A stretch of 64,000 nt of DNA from a bacterium (GTDB lineage: Bacteria > Cyanobacteriota > Vampirovibrionia > Gastranaerophilales > JBAXKC01). The stretch spans positions 33,002-97,001 of the forward strand of contig JBAXKC010000006.1 of assembly GCA_037137535.1 (NCBI GenBank), written 5' to 3'. Positions 51,676-61,833 of this stretch are shown here, in pieces. How positions within the stretch are numbered: position 1 is the first letter of the stretch; every line of letters starts with the position of its first letter. The notes under the pieces were generated by a model. It had not been told where the DNA came from. It did no database searches and saw only the letters and a list, made by a program, of their open reading frames with translations. The translations under genes and the position numbers were made by a program.

Positions 51676-53343
51676 TTATTTACCTTTGTTTAAGTCTAAA
51701 AGAGCTATTAGCACTTGTGGTAAATTTATTCGACCCGGACAAACTAAATAGCTTTGCTCCCAAACAGGTAAAAACTTTGACTTGAATTGATAAAGTCCCT
51801 GAAAATCATAATATTTTCTTTGTTTTTCATAAATCATTTTAAATAAATTAGTAACTATTTTATTATCTGAAAAAGCTTCATCGACTTTAGCCAGAGGGGA
51901 GAATCCCAAATCATAAAAGGTTTTTCCCTCTTCTTTTGCCTGTAATATCTCATTTAAAATTATATAATCCATTGCTCCAGGTGGAGAATCGGGATCTCTT
52001 CTCATTAAATCAATTGAGCGTCCATTTTTTTCAGGTAATTCAATATTATTTACATAAGCAAGTAAATTATTATTTTTATCGAAAAGTAAAACGGTTCTGG
52101 TGCTTTCAAGATACTCTGGAGTGCATTGTCCCATTGCAAAAGAATTTTCTTTATTACCATGATTTGTCAGCCATTTATTATCAAGGTTTTTTACAGAATT
52201 CCAGTATTCGGCAGAATATTCTTTTAAAACCCAGCCTTCTTTTTGAGCTTTATTTTTTGCAGTTCTTAACTGTTGTCTTGCTTTTCCGTCTAAAGAGAAA
52301 GTTTCAAGCATTATTACAGCTTCTACCCCAACAGGAACTGCTTGAAATCCATCGGTTTTAAGTATTTCAAAAAAATCACCCTGTGCTTGATAAACTGCAG
52401 GAACCCAATCATGTTCAAATAACATTAAAAGCCATTTTGAAACAAATTCCTTCAAGTCGCCTTTTACGCAAGGATTGCCTATTGCTAAAGCTACTCTGTT
52501 TATTACTTTATAGCTTATATATCCGTCCACATTATCGTTTTTGTAATAAAAATGCTGATAATCATTGCTTAATGTAAAAAACTGAACAGGTTGAGAAGCA
52601 CATTCATTAGCAAGTGTATGAAGTTTATCTATATTAATATCCGGTAATCTTTTAGCAATAACAGGTGATAATGCGAAAATTAAACCTGTTATATAGGCTA
52701 TGGAATTAATAACAAATAAAGTATCTACATAAAACTTTGACTCTAAACCTGTAGGGTGCAGTCCTGATACGTCAAACATTAGAGCATTAGCAATAATATG
52801 CCAAAGAGGTGTATTGGTACTTATTCCAAGTTGATCTGAAAAAACATAAATACCTAGAGCTGTATACGCAGCAACAAATAAAATTGAGGCTAAAAGTATT
52901 GTTCTTCCATGAATTAATCTGACAGGATCACTTTTTACTCTGCAATATTTAAATAAGGGTAAAAGAATACCGAGTAAAACTAAACCTAAGCCTGCTTCTT
53001 CAACATCAGCGCCTTTTATAATGTGAGCAAAACCCGATAGACCCAATAAACCAATTGAAACATACCAAGCAATTCTCTTTTGACGATATAACGCAGGTGC
53101 AATAATTAAAGAGGCTATTCCTGTGATAATAACTAAAAATCTTGAGCCTGTAATAATTTGGTACTCAAAAATTTGTTTTAATAAATTTAATCTGATGTAG
53201 TCAAAGCTGAACCAGGCTGATAAGATATCTATAATTCCCATGATGAAAAGACAAACGGCAACAATACGAATCCACATTCTTTCATAGGCAAAATTTTCTT
53301 TTAAACTTTCATTAATTATTAATGCTTCATTTTTTTGATACAT
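51676..53343 (-). CDS. MprF/LysX-like aminoacyl-phosphatidylglycerol synthase
   Basis: N-terminal TM region (AHIIKG); IDLMRR, GFSPLA, YDFQGLYQFKSKF.P.W. Confidence 0.85.
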   Translation of the reverse strand: MYQKNEALIINESLKENFAYERMWIRIVAVCLFIMGIIDILSAWFSFDYIRLNLLKQIFEYQIITGSRFLVIITGIASLIIAPALYRQKRIAWYVSIGLLGLSGFAHIIKGADVEEAGLGLVLLGILLPLFKYCRVKSDPVRLIHGRTILLASILFVAAYTALGIYVFSDQLGISTNTPLWHIIANALMFDVSGLHPTGLESKFYVDTLFVINSIAYITGLIFALSPVIAKRLPDINIDKLHTLANECASQPVQFFTLSNDYQHFYYKNDNVDGYISYKVINRVALAIGNPCVKGDLKEFVSKWLLMLFEHDWVPAVYQAQGDFFEILKTDGFQAVPVGVEAVIMLETFSLDGKARQQLRTAKNKAQKEGWVLKEYSAEYWNSVKNLDNKWLTNHGNKENSFAMGQCTPEYLESTRTVLLFDKNNNLLAYVNNIELPEKNGRSIDLMRRDPDSPPGAMDYIILNEILQAKEEGKTFYDLGFSPLAKVDEAFSDNKIVTNLFKMIYEKQRKYYDFQGLYQFKSKFLPVWEQSYLVCPGRINLPQVLIALLDLNKGK

Positions 53344-53390
53344 GATAATATTTAAACCTTAAATAAACTTACTATTACAATATATAGTTA

Positions 53391-54260
53391 CTATGCTTCT
53401 TCTTTAGGTGAAACTTTAGCAGGAAGGGCATAAATTCTAAAATAATTATAAAGTCTGACTGCTTTTTCAACATCTGTTTTTTTAAGTCTATTTCTAAGAG
53501 TTATTGCAATTTTGTCAACTGGTATTTTATGGTTGTAATAAAGATCACAAGCTCTATATTCCATTTTAACGGTTTCTTTAGCTTTATTCTTTAAATTTGT
53601 TTTATATTTTTCAGGAATATATTGATAAGCTTTAGCAATAGCTTTTTTATTTTCATCTGATAGTTTATTAAATTGTTCTATTTCTAAAGGAATAAGATTT
53701 TTTATATTATTATTCAACCTATTACAGTCAGAATGATAAACATAGCTCATTTCATCAAACTTATATTGATGAGCTGCAATAAAATCACTTACTGATATTG
53801 TTTCATTTTTTAAATTCAAATGATGTCTTTTAACTATTGTCATGTAGGGTTTAGGAAAATCTTTCAAGTCAATTGTATTGAAGGTGCAATTGTTTTTATC
53901 ATCGATGTTATACGATAATTTATACTTGTTTGTCTTTTCAGGGGTATTTTCAAATAAGAAATAAAGTTTTCCTTTTTTTTCTTCTGCCTGTTGATAGTCT
54001 AAAACTGCGATATAAACTCCATAGACCCAACCCTCAAATAATGTTTTTATTGTCGGGTATTTTGTTAAAAGATGATCTTTTGTAATTGCTATTCTGTCAG
54101 CAAGAAATTTTTCATAATCTTTTTCTAGGTTTGCCATAGTTTGTTGTTTTTGTTCTTTTTCTTCAGGTGTTTTTCTGTATGAAGTAAAAGAATCTTTGAA
54201 TTTAAAAGACTTCTTTTCATCTTTATTTTGGTTTTTATCAGTATATTTTTTAAATGCCAT
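53391..54260 (-). CDS. Hypothetical protein with HNH-like motif
   Basis: YHSDCNRLNNNIKNL resembles the HNH_3 pattern H.D.N..NN...NL. Confidence 0.55.
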   Translation of the reverse strand: MAFKKYTDKNQNKDEKKSFKFKDSFTSYRKTPEEKEQKQQTMANLEKDYEKFLADRIAITKDHLLTKYPTIKTLFEGWVYGVYIAVLDYQQAEEKKGKLYFLFENTPEKTNKYKLSYNIDDKNNCTFNTIDLKDFPKPYMTIVKRHHLNLKNETISVSDFIAAHQYKFDEMSYVYHSDCNRLNNNIKNLIPLEIEQFNKLSDENKKAIAKAYQYIPEKYKTNLKNKAKETVKMEYRACDLYYNHKIPVDKIAITLRNRLKKTDVEKAVRLYNYFRIYALPAKVSPKEEA

Positions 54261-54397
54261 TGTTATAATCCTTTAGTTGTATAAATTTGAACTTGTATAG
54301 TAATTATATAACACACATAGGCTTACCTAACCTAAAGTGCTTCTAATTATAAGTTTGATTAATTGTTGCTATAATTATTAAAAATTTTGCGTAAAAA

Positions 54398-54425
54398 TGA
54401 ACTTTCAGCTTGTAGTTGGGGTATA
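54398..54425 (+). promoter_or_regulatory. Putative ECF sigma promoter
   Basis: TGAACTT-N16-GTATA preceded by AAAAA, as at 49311. Confidence 0.55.
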
Positions 54426-54461
54426 ATTTATTAATTAATAAACTTAAAATATTGAGGGATT

Positions 54462-55406
54462 ATGAAGAAGAAAACAAAACTTTATACCATTTTAACTATT
54501 TTACTTGTAGTAATAAGTTCATTGATGATAAGTTTTTTCTATAAAGGCAATTTTACCTTTGCTCAAGAGTCTGATATGGTTAAAAAAACTATTAGTGTCA
54601 ATAATGAAGATAGAGTCTTTTTCATATATTTACCAAGTAAGTATAAAAATGAGACAAAAAAATTACCGGTTGTGATATTGCTTCACGGTACTGTTGCTAC
54701 TGCGGATAAGATTAAAAACTATACTAAATTCAATAGTTTTGCCGATAAAAATGATATTATAGTTGTATATCCAGAAAATACAGGAACATGGGACTGGGAT
54801 TTAAAACCTGCTGAAAAAAGTAAAGATATTGAATTTATACGTCAAATGATTAGCACTATGGAAACTCAATATAACGTTGATAACAAAAGAGTTTATGTAA
54901 CAGGTTATTCAAGCGGTGCAGAAATGACTTATTTGCTGGCATGTACTCTATCTGATAAGATAGCTGCTTTTGCTCCCGTATGCGGTAATATGCGAGAAGA
55001 ATATATGCAAGGATGCCACAATTGTAAGCCTGTTCCGATGTTATTGGTACATGGAACAGAAGATCCTTATGAAAAATGGAATGGAGATCCTAATAAAAAA
55101 ATGTTGTCGGTTGATGATGTTTTAAAATATTGGAAAAGTAAAAATAAAAATGAACCGAGTGAAACAAAAGAATTTATATATCCTCATAAAGACCCTAATA
55201 TAACCGCAACAACCGCAAAATTAGAAATAACTGACTATCCTAAAGATAAAACAGAAGTTTCAATATTAAAAATTGAAGGAGGCGGTCATACTTGGCCTGA
55301 CTCTCCTACCAGCGTTAGAATAGAAACATTTTTAGGAAAAACTAACTACGATGTTAGTGCAAATGAAATAATTTGGGACTTCTTTAAGAGACATAAGTTG
55401 AATTAA
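54462..55406 (+). CDS. Exported PHB-depolymerase/LpqC-family esterase
   Basis: LHG, GYSSG nucleophile, HGTED, GGGHTWP. Confidence 0.88.
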   Translation: MKKKTKLYTILTILLVVISSLMISFFYKGNFTFAQESDMVKKTISVNNEDRVFFIYLPSKYKNETKKLPVVILLHGTVATADKIKNYTKFNSFADKNDIIVVYPENTGTWDWDLKPAEKSKDIEFIRQMISTMETQYNVDNKRVYVTGYSSGAEMTYLLACTLSDKIAAFAPVCGNMREEYMQGCHNCKPVPMLLVHGTEDPYEKWNGDPNKKMLSVDDVLKYWKSKNKNEPSETKEFIYPHKDPNITATTAKLEITDYPKDKTEVSILKIEGGGHTWPDSPTSVRIETFLGKTNYDVSANEIIWDFFKRHKLN

Positions 55407-55408
55407 GC

Positions 55409-56125
55409 ATGAGAAAGTTTTTTTCAAATAATTATCTTTTAATCTCAACCTTAATACTTTTGTTTATTTGTCTAATTATTATTGGTTTTAGTATTTACCC
55501 GAAAGATTTTATGCCTAATTTACTTGCTGAAATAGCGGGTATTCCTGGTGGTGCATTATTTACATTGTTTATTATTGATAATTATTATAAAAAGCAAGAA
55601 GAAAAAAATTGGAAAAGTTCTATTAAAATCTTAAACGGTCAGTTTTATTTGCTGTTGTATGCTTTAGAATGGTATTTAAAGGACATAATGGATACAACTG
55701 TGGATGAAGAGACTGATAATTCTGAAAATAAATCACAAAAAGCTTTAAATATTATTAAGTTAATTAAAAATGCACCCATTAATAACATTCATTATAATAA
55801 TCATGATAGCTATGGTATTGAATATTTAATTGAAAAAACTGATAAACTTAATAATTATTTTATTCGAATTAATGATTTCTTTTCGATATTGCCTAAAACT
55901 TTAAAAATTTATAATGAATATTATACAGACTTTGACTTAATTTATCATAATTTTAACGCATATCAATCCTATTTAAAGGAACTAAGCAAAATGACAGATG
56001 ATGAATTAAAAAATAATTTTCATTCTGCAAGAATGTGGAAAACTTTTAATATTTTATTTTTAGAAACCTTTGTGAATTTTAGTGATGGATTTTTAAGTGA
56101 ATTAAATAGATTAATGGATTCTTAA
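55409..56125 (+). CDS. Hypothetical membrane protein
   Basis: Two N-terminal TM segments. Confidence 0.65.
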   Translation: MRKFFSNNYLLISTLILLFICLIIIGFSIYPKDFMPNLLAEIAGIPGGALFTLFIIDNYYKKQEEKNWKSSIKILNGQFYLLLYALEWYLKDIMDTTVDEETDNSENKSQKALNIIKLIKNAPINNIHYNNHDSYGIEYLIEKTDKLNNYFIRINDFFSILPKTLKIYNEYYTDFDLIYHNFNAYQSYLKELSKMTDDELKNNFHSARMWKTFNILFLETFVNFSDGFLSELNRLMDS

Positions 56126-56300
56126 AGAAAAGAAGTAAGTCGCTTTTGTGGTGTGCGTTTAAAATTCAATTGTTTAAAAAATATGTTGGATTGGTATAGG
56201 AATATACTCTAAACTAATTATTTCTTTAAATATTCACTTTTGACACAATAAATAGTATTATAATTATGTCTGCAGTTTGATTTTAGTTGGATAAAATTTA

Positions 56301-56912
56301 ATGAATTTTTTAGAAGCTGGGTTATCTCTTAAAGTTGTACCGGAAAATATTAAGAATATTAGAACAGGAAAGATTTTAAAGGTAGAAGAAAATTTATTTT
56401 CTGTTGAAATTCAAGGAAATATTTTAACTTTTGAACTTGATGAAGAAGTTGAGTTATTGGTGAATATTAGTAGTGGTGTATTAAAATTCAACTCTCATAT
56501 TGTTCAAATAGACTCAAATATACTGTATTTTTATATTCCTGAAAAATATAGTACTGTTCAACGTAGGGAATATCCGCGAATAAATATAAATATTCCTGTA
56601 ACTCTTCAAAAAAGAGAAGAACAGGAGGAAGAAACTAAAACCGAAGATATTAGCGGCGGTGGTATGAAAATTGCTTCAGTTTATGAACTTGAGACTGGTA
56701 GTGAACTTATTGCAAAATTAAAAATCGCTAATGGTAAGAATATAAAAACTATATTTAAGGTGCTAAGAGCCACTAAAGATAATAAAAATGATAAAGAATA
56801 TATTTTATCAGGTAAATTTAGTGATATAGCGCACTCTGATAGAACAGCCATTATTCAGCTTTGTTTTAGAAAACAGCTTGAACAAAAATTTAAACGAATG
56901 AGGAATGAATGA
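56301..56912 (+). CDS. PilZ-domain (YcgR-like) c-di-GMP receptor
   Basis: QRREYPR (RxxxR) and DISGGG. Confidence 0.9.
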   Translation: MNFLEAGLSLKVVPENIKNIRTGKILKVEENLFSVEIQGNILTFELDEEVELLVNISSGVLKFNSHIVQIDSNILYFYIPEKYSTVQRREYPRININIPVTLQKREEQEEETKTEDISGGGMKIASVYELETGSELIAKLKIANGKNIKTIFKVLRATKDNKNDKEYILSGKFSDIAHSDRTAIIQLCFRKQLEQKFKRMRNE

Positions 56913-57242
56913 TTGCCTAATAGCAAAGTTAACAAAGTTTCTTCACAATTAGCTGGAATATTTGCCTGTTTTACAATGTTGGTAACAGGTACAAATATTC
57001 TTTTTAGAGCTCAATCACTTGATTTTGATTCTGTTATTTATATGTTAAAAATATCTATCCCTGCCAGTTTTGTTGCTTGGTGTTTAGGGTACGCTACAGG
57101 TAAAGTATTTGAAGGAGCAAGTTTTTCATTTGGTAATGATTCTTTAAATTCAAAGAAGAATAAAGATCTTGGTATTGATGATATACTATTTGATGATATT
57201 AAAGAAACAGAGCCTACTGACATTAATAGTGAAGAACTTTGA
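56913..57242 (+). CDS. Small membrane protein with acidic tail
   Basis: Two TM segments; fills the gap between PilZ and kinase genes. Confidence 0.65.
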   Translation: MPNSKVNKVSSQLAGIFACFTMLVTGTNILFRAQSLDFDSVIYMLKISIPASFVAWCLGYATGKVFEGASFSFGNDSLNSKKNKDLGIDDILFDDIKETEPTDINSEEL

Positions 57243-57260
57243 TAAAGGAATGGTAGTTAT

Positions 57261-58895
57261 ATGAATATAAAAGGACTTTTAGAAAAAGGTAGTAATGAAC
57301 AATCTATAACTAATCAGTTTGTTACAATTATGGGTGTTACTACATTCATAACGCTGTTCTTTATTTCTGCATTTAATTTATATGCAAGTGTTCCAATTAT
57401 GAATAGGGCTAATTTTGAAAAAGAAATAAATAATCAATCTGTTTCAAATATTCTTTTAGATACAATTAAAAATGATATTCCACATAATGAGTTTTCACAA
57501 AGCACTAAACTCACAAACGGATTAATAAAGAATAATCTGATAATTTTTGCTACTTTGTATGATAGAAATAGTAATTCGTATATCTGGTCAAGCGTTCCAA
57601 AATTAATCGGAAAAAAAGATGAAGCTTTAGCTCCGATTAAGACCAAAGAATTTTCTGATAAATTATTCTATGTTGATAAAAATTCATTAAAAGAAATAAA
57701 TAAATCTTTTGGTCATTATGTATTAATAACTGCTTTCTATAATGCTGATGGAGTAACTCCGCTGGCAGACCTTTTAGTTAGGGGTAATTTAATTTTAGCT
57801 TTAATATTCATAATATTTGGATTCGCTTCAGCCTTGATTTCAGCTAAAATAGTAACTAAGCCTCTTAAAGAATTAGTCAAAGGAGCTGAAGAGTTTTCAA
57901 AAGGCCATTTGACTTATAGGGCAAGAGTTATAACAAATGATGAAATAGGCAAATTAGCTCAAGCCTTTAATAATATGGCAGAAAACCTTGATAATTTGTA
58001 TGGTTCGCTTGAATTACAGGTTAAAGAAAGAACAGCTCAACTTGCCGATAAAAAAGAAATAGTTGAAAAAGCCTTGAGGGAAGTACAAGAAACTCAAGCA
58101 ATGCTTATTCATAATGAGAAAATGACCTCTCTTGGTCAACTGGTTGCAGGTGTTGCTCATGAATTAAATAACCCTATAAATTTTATTTATGGGAATCTTG
58201 ATCATTTGAAAAATTATGCTAATGATTTAATTACTTTACTTTCTCTTTATCAAAAACATGAAAACGCTCTATCAGAGCAAGTACAGAAAGAACTGGAAGA
58301 CGCTAAAGAAGAATATGATTTAGAGTTTATTACAGAAGATTTACCACTCTTAATCAAGTCTTGTAAGGATGGCTCAGAGCGTTGTAAGCAAATTGTATTG
58401 GATTTAAGAAATTTTTCAAGACTTGATGAAGCTGTTGTTAAAGAAGTAGACTTACATGAAGGACTGGACAGTACATTAAATATTTTGCGCAATAAATATA
58501 AAAATAAAATAACTGTTCATAGGCATTATGGAAATATTCCTAAATTAACTTGCTATGCGGGGCAGATAAATCAGGTGTTTATGAATATGCTTGATAATGC
58601 TTCCTATGCAATAAAAACTAAGGGAGATGTTACAATAGTAACTGAATCGGATGATAAAAATATCATTATAACTATAGAGGATAATGGAGAAGGGATTGAA
58701 AAAGAAGTAATTGAAAAAGTATTTGATCCTTTCTTTACAACTAAGCCAAGCGGACATGGCACAGGACTAGGCTTATCTATCAGTTATAAAGTTATAAAAA
58801 AACACAAGGGTGAAATTGAAGTTGAAAGTATTAAAGGTAAAGGTACTAAATTTACAATTATACTTCCATTAGATCCCGTTGTAATTAATCAATAA
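57261..58895 (+). CDS. HAMP-domain sensor histidine kinase
   Basis: DEIGKLAQAFNNM; AHELNNP; DNGEG; DPFFTTK; GTGLGL. Confidence 0.95.
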   Translation: MNIKGLLEKGSNEQSITNQFVTIMGVTTFITLFFISAFNLYASVPIMNRANFEKEINNQSVSNILLDTIKNDIPHNEFSQSTKLTNGLIKNNLIIFATLYDRNSNSYIWSSVPKLIGKKDEALAPIKTKEFSDKLFYVDKNSLKEINKSFGHYVLITAFYNADGVTPLADLLVRGNLILALIFIIFGFASALISAKIVTKPLKELVKGAEEFSKGHLTYRARVITNDEIGKLAQAFNNMAENLDNLYGSLELQVKERTAQLADKKEIVEKALREVQETQAMLIHNEKMTSLGQLVAGVAHELNNPINFIYGNLDHLKNYANDLITLLSLYQKHENALSEQVQKELEDAKEEYDLEFITEDLPLLIKSCKDGSERCKQIVLDLRNFSRLDEAVVKEVDLHEGLDSTLNILRNKYKNKITVHRHYGNIPKLTCYAGQINQVFMNMLDNASYAIKTKGDVTIVTESDDKNIIITIEDNGEGIEKEVIEKVFDPFFTTKPSGHGTGLGLSISYKVIKKHKGEIEVESIKGKGTKFTIILPLDPVVINQ

Positions 58896-58910
58896 AGGCA
58901 AGTGTATAAA

Positions 58911-59930
58911 ATGAGTCAAGATAAAATGGAAATTAAATATAATATATTGATAGTTGATGATGAGTTGGATAATTTGCAACTTTTTAAAAGAACTTTTAGA
59001 AAGAAGTATAACTTATTTTTGGCAACTTCTGGATTTGAAGGACTTGAAGTTTTAAAAAATAATAAAATCCATATGATTATCACTGATCAGAAAATGCCTA
59101 AAATGGAAGGTGTCGAGTTCTTAAAATATGCTATTGAATTATCCCCTGACTCTATCAGAATGCTTGTTACCGGTTATACCGATGCTCATGCACTAATATC
59201 AGCAATAAATTCAGGTAAAATTTACAGATATATTAAAAAACCATGGAATCCCGATGAAATAATCAGCCTTGTTGATACCGCCATGAAAATATATCAACTC
59301 AATGCTGATACTCAGCTTTTGGCTAATGATTTAAAAGATTTATTTTCAGGTACGATTAACGCAATTATTGAAGCACTTGATGCTAAAGACTCATTTACAC
59401 TTGGAAGAAGTAAAAGGGTTACTTTTTATTCGACCGAAATTGGTAAAGCCCTTGGCATGACAGATGTTGAGCTTAGTGAGCTTGAGCTTGCAGGACTTTT
59501 ACACGATATTGGAATGATTGGCATACCTGAAACAATATTAAACAAACCTGAATATTTAACTCAAGATGAATTTTTTATTGTAAAAAAACACGTTACCTTT
59601 GGTGTTAAAATCCTTTCTGATATAAAACAGCTTGAAAGTATAATAAAAATAATTGAAGCTCATCATGAAAAATTTGATGGAAGCGGATATCCTAAAGGAT
59701 TAAAAGAACATGATATTCCTATGAGTGCCGCAATAATTGCAGTCGCTGATGCATATGACAGTATGACCTCAGAAAGAGCTTATAGAAAAGGCTTAGCTCA
59801 TCATATAGCCGTTGCTGAAATCAGCAAAAACGCAGGAACTCAATTTAACCCTGTTGTTGTAGACGGCTTTTTATCTGTAATTGATAATGCTGTATTACAA
59901 ATTAAAAAATGGGAAGAACAAACTACTTGA
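58911..59930 (+). CDS. Response regulator with HD-GYP domain
   Basis: VDDE, DQKMP, KPW; LHDIG, HHE, GYP, ADAYD. Confidence 0.92.
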   Translation: MSQDKMEIKYNILIVDDELDNLQLFKRTFRKKYNLFLATSGFEGLEVLKNNKIHMIITDQKMPKMEGVEFLKYAIELSPDSIRMLVTGYTDAHALISAINSGKIYRYIKKPWNPDEIISLVDTAMKIYQLNADTQLLANDLKDLFSGTINAIIEALDAKDSFTLGRSKRVTFYSTEIGKALGMTDVELSELELAGLLHDIGMIGIPETILNKPEYLTQDEFFIVKKHVTFGVKILSDIKQLESIIKIIEAHHEKFDGSGYPKGLKEHDIPMSAAIIAVADAYDSMTSERAYRKGLAHHIAVAEISKNAGTQFNPVVVDGFLSVIDNAVLQIKKWEEQTT

Positions 59931-59973
59931 CCAAAAGTTATGCTTCATGTATATTATATTTAAAGTTAAATAT

Positions 59974-60045
59974 GGGCTTGTGGCGCAGCGGTAGCGCAGG
60001 GGACTCATAATCCCTTGGTCGCTGGTTCGAATCCAGCCGGGCCCA
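59974..60045 (+). tRNA. tRNA with CAT anticodon, most likely tRNA-Ile2 (lysidine)
   Basis: Cloverleaf: GGGCTTG/CGGGCCC acceptor stem, CTCATAA loop, GTTCGAATC T-arm; C4-G69 pair and A73; CCA not encoded. Confidence 0.9.
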
Positions 60046-60065
60046 TTTAATATTTACAACACTTT

Positions 60066-60090
60066 CGGCGATTGCCGAATTTTTTGTTTT
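60066..60090 (+). terminator. Terminator after tRNA
   Basis: TTCGGC-GATT-GCCGAA followed by a T-run. Confidence 0.75.
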
Positions 60091-60264
60091 TAGGGGTTTG
60101 TTCCATTTGACTTTGATAAACTTTAATAATAAATAACTAATCAAAAGCAATTTTAAAATTTAAATAACTCGAATTGCTAATTACAGGCTACTGCATAATA
60201 TCTGTAATTGATGAGTATAAAAAACTTATGCGCAATCTACCAAATAATCTTTAACGGACATTAA

Positions 60265-61833
60265 TTAAAATTCGCTTTCACAGTCTTTACAATACCAAAG
60301 GTGGCCAGGAAACGTTGGTAAACAACATCCACCCAATTTTATTTTTCCAGCTTGAGCACTTTCCAACATTTCAGGTCCTGGCATTCCATATTGTATTTCA
60401 ACGACCTTTTTAGATTTACATTTTTGGCAAAAGCTAGGTTTTTCTGCAAGTTTAATTAATGATTTTAATTTTTTCAGAACCTGAGATTTGTTACTTTTTA
60501 AATCTTTCTTTAAATCTATGTCAAATCCAACACAAGAAACAAAGAAATTATTATCATTTTGTTCATCAATATAATGTTTCCATATAAAATCTTCACCAAC
60601 TTTAGGATAAAGAAGTAATGCTTTAGGAATAATAACTTCTTCGTCATCAAAATTAATAAGGAAAGTTTCCGTAGGCATTTTAATTGTATTTATTGCCTTA
60701 TAAGCCAGTATTTGATAGGCATCATCATTATTAAAATGGCCTCTTTGTACTGAATTATATTTGTATTTTGTATCTATGATTAAGCTGGAATTACCTAAAT
60801 TTATCACTATATCTGAGAATGTATTTTTGCAAGCCCTGTTTCTTTCTTCGATTAAATTAGGATATCCATCTTCATCAAATTCGTATCTATCAGAACTATC
60901 GATTAATTTCTTGTTTTTTTGATATTCAATATCAGAAGGTTCATTTAATTCAAATTCTTCATAATTTCTTCTCAATAATTCATATATAAACTCCTCAAAA
61001 AGAAGGTTCATGTCAAATATCAATGTTAGTGTTTCAAATTTCTTCGAACTCATTTCTATTGATGCATTTTCAATAAACATTTTTGCCAATAGCAAAGGTT
61101 TTTCAAAAACCACCTGGCTTCGGCTTAGTCTCAATTTTTTAACATTCTGCGGGAGTATTTTTTCGAAGGTTATTTCAGAATATATATTTAAAATCTGCTT
61201 TAATCTTTTTTTATTATGCTTTGAGGTTGTTACTTTTATAAGCATTCTAGTAACAAACAAAAACGTCCTGTTTAAAAGATTATCTTCGCAAAATTCATCA
61301 AATTCACAATAGAAACGTGCTTTATTAACTGAATTGTATTTTATATTTTCATTGAATTTGAGTTTTCCTTTTAGATAATTTAGATTTTCATTATAAAGTG
61401 TGTAATTTTTAGGTATAAATCTCAATAAACAGTCATATAAAGAATTTGCATAACTTGCTATTAACACTTCTAGAAATGGATTATCATTTTTAGCTAGCTT
61501 TGCTATATCAGATTCTTTTATATCAAGCTTTTTCGTGTATGAAAGCATATAAAACAGGTTTTTAAGCATTGTTACCTGTTCTTGAGCTTCATCTTTATAT
61601 TTGAGCAGCTTCGGAAGAATTTCAAACTGATAATTTTTATACTTTATAACCCCTACATAATTTTGAGCTTGAATGTTTGTCTGAGTAATATTAAAAATAT
61701 CTTCAATATGATTTTTGCTTAAAAAAAGCTGAAAATTTTTAGCATCATCTTTTTCAAAAATACTAGATAGTTCTAATTTATTCCCGTGCTCATCTCTGGC
61801 ATAATCATACTCATAGAATGTTTGAGTTTTCAT
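60265..61833 (-). CDS. mcrC: McrC-family restriction nuclease subunit with extra C-terminal Zn-ribbon
   Basis: QNYVGVI, EILPK, FDMNLLFE, SD...IDTKYK, DAYQILAY; overlaps mcrB by 4 nt. Confidence 0.88.
   Translation of the reverse strand: MKTQTFYEYDYARDEHGNKLELSSIFEKDDAKNFQLFLSKNHIEDIFNITQTNIQAQNYVGVIKYKNYQFEILPKLLKYKDEAQEQVTMLKNLFYMLSYTKKLDIKESDIAKLAKNDNPFLEVLIASYANSLYDCLLRFIPKNYTLYNENLNYLKGKLKFNENIKYNSVNKARFYCEFDEFCEDNLLNRTFLFVTRMLIKVTTSKHNKKRLKQILNIYSEITFEKILPQNVKKLRLSRSQVVFEKPLLLAKMFIENASIEMSSKKFETLTLIFDMNLLFEEFIYELLRRNYEEFELNEPSDIEYQKNKKLIDSSDRYEFDEDGYPNLIEERNRACKNTFSDIVINLGNSSLIIDTKYKYNSVQRGHFNNDDAYQILAYKAINTIKMPTETFLINFDDEEVIIPKALLLYPKVGEDFIWKHYIDEQNDNNFFVSCVGFDIDLKKDLKSNKSQVLKKLKSLIKLAEKPSFCQKCKSKKVVEIQYGMPGPEMLESAQAGKIKLGGCCLPTFPGHLWYCKDCESEF

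Noticed and set aside
59938-60150. 70 aa minus-strand ORF (WARLDSNQRPRDYES)
   Set aside because: Antisense translation of the tRNA gene
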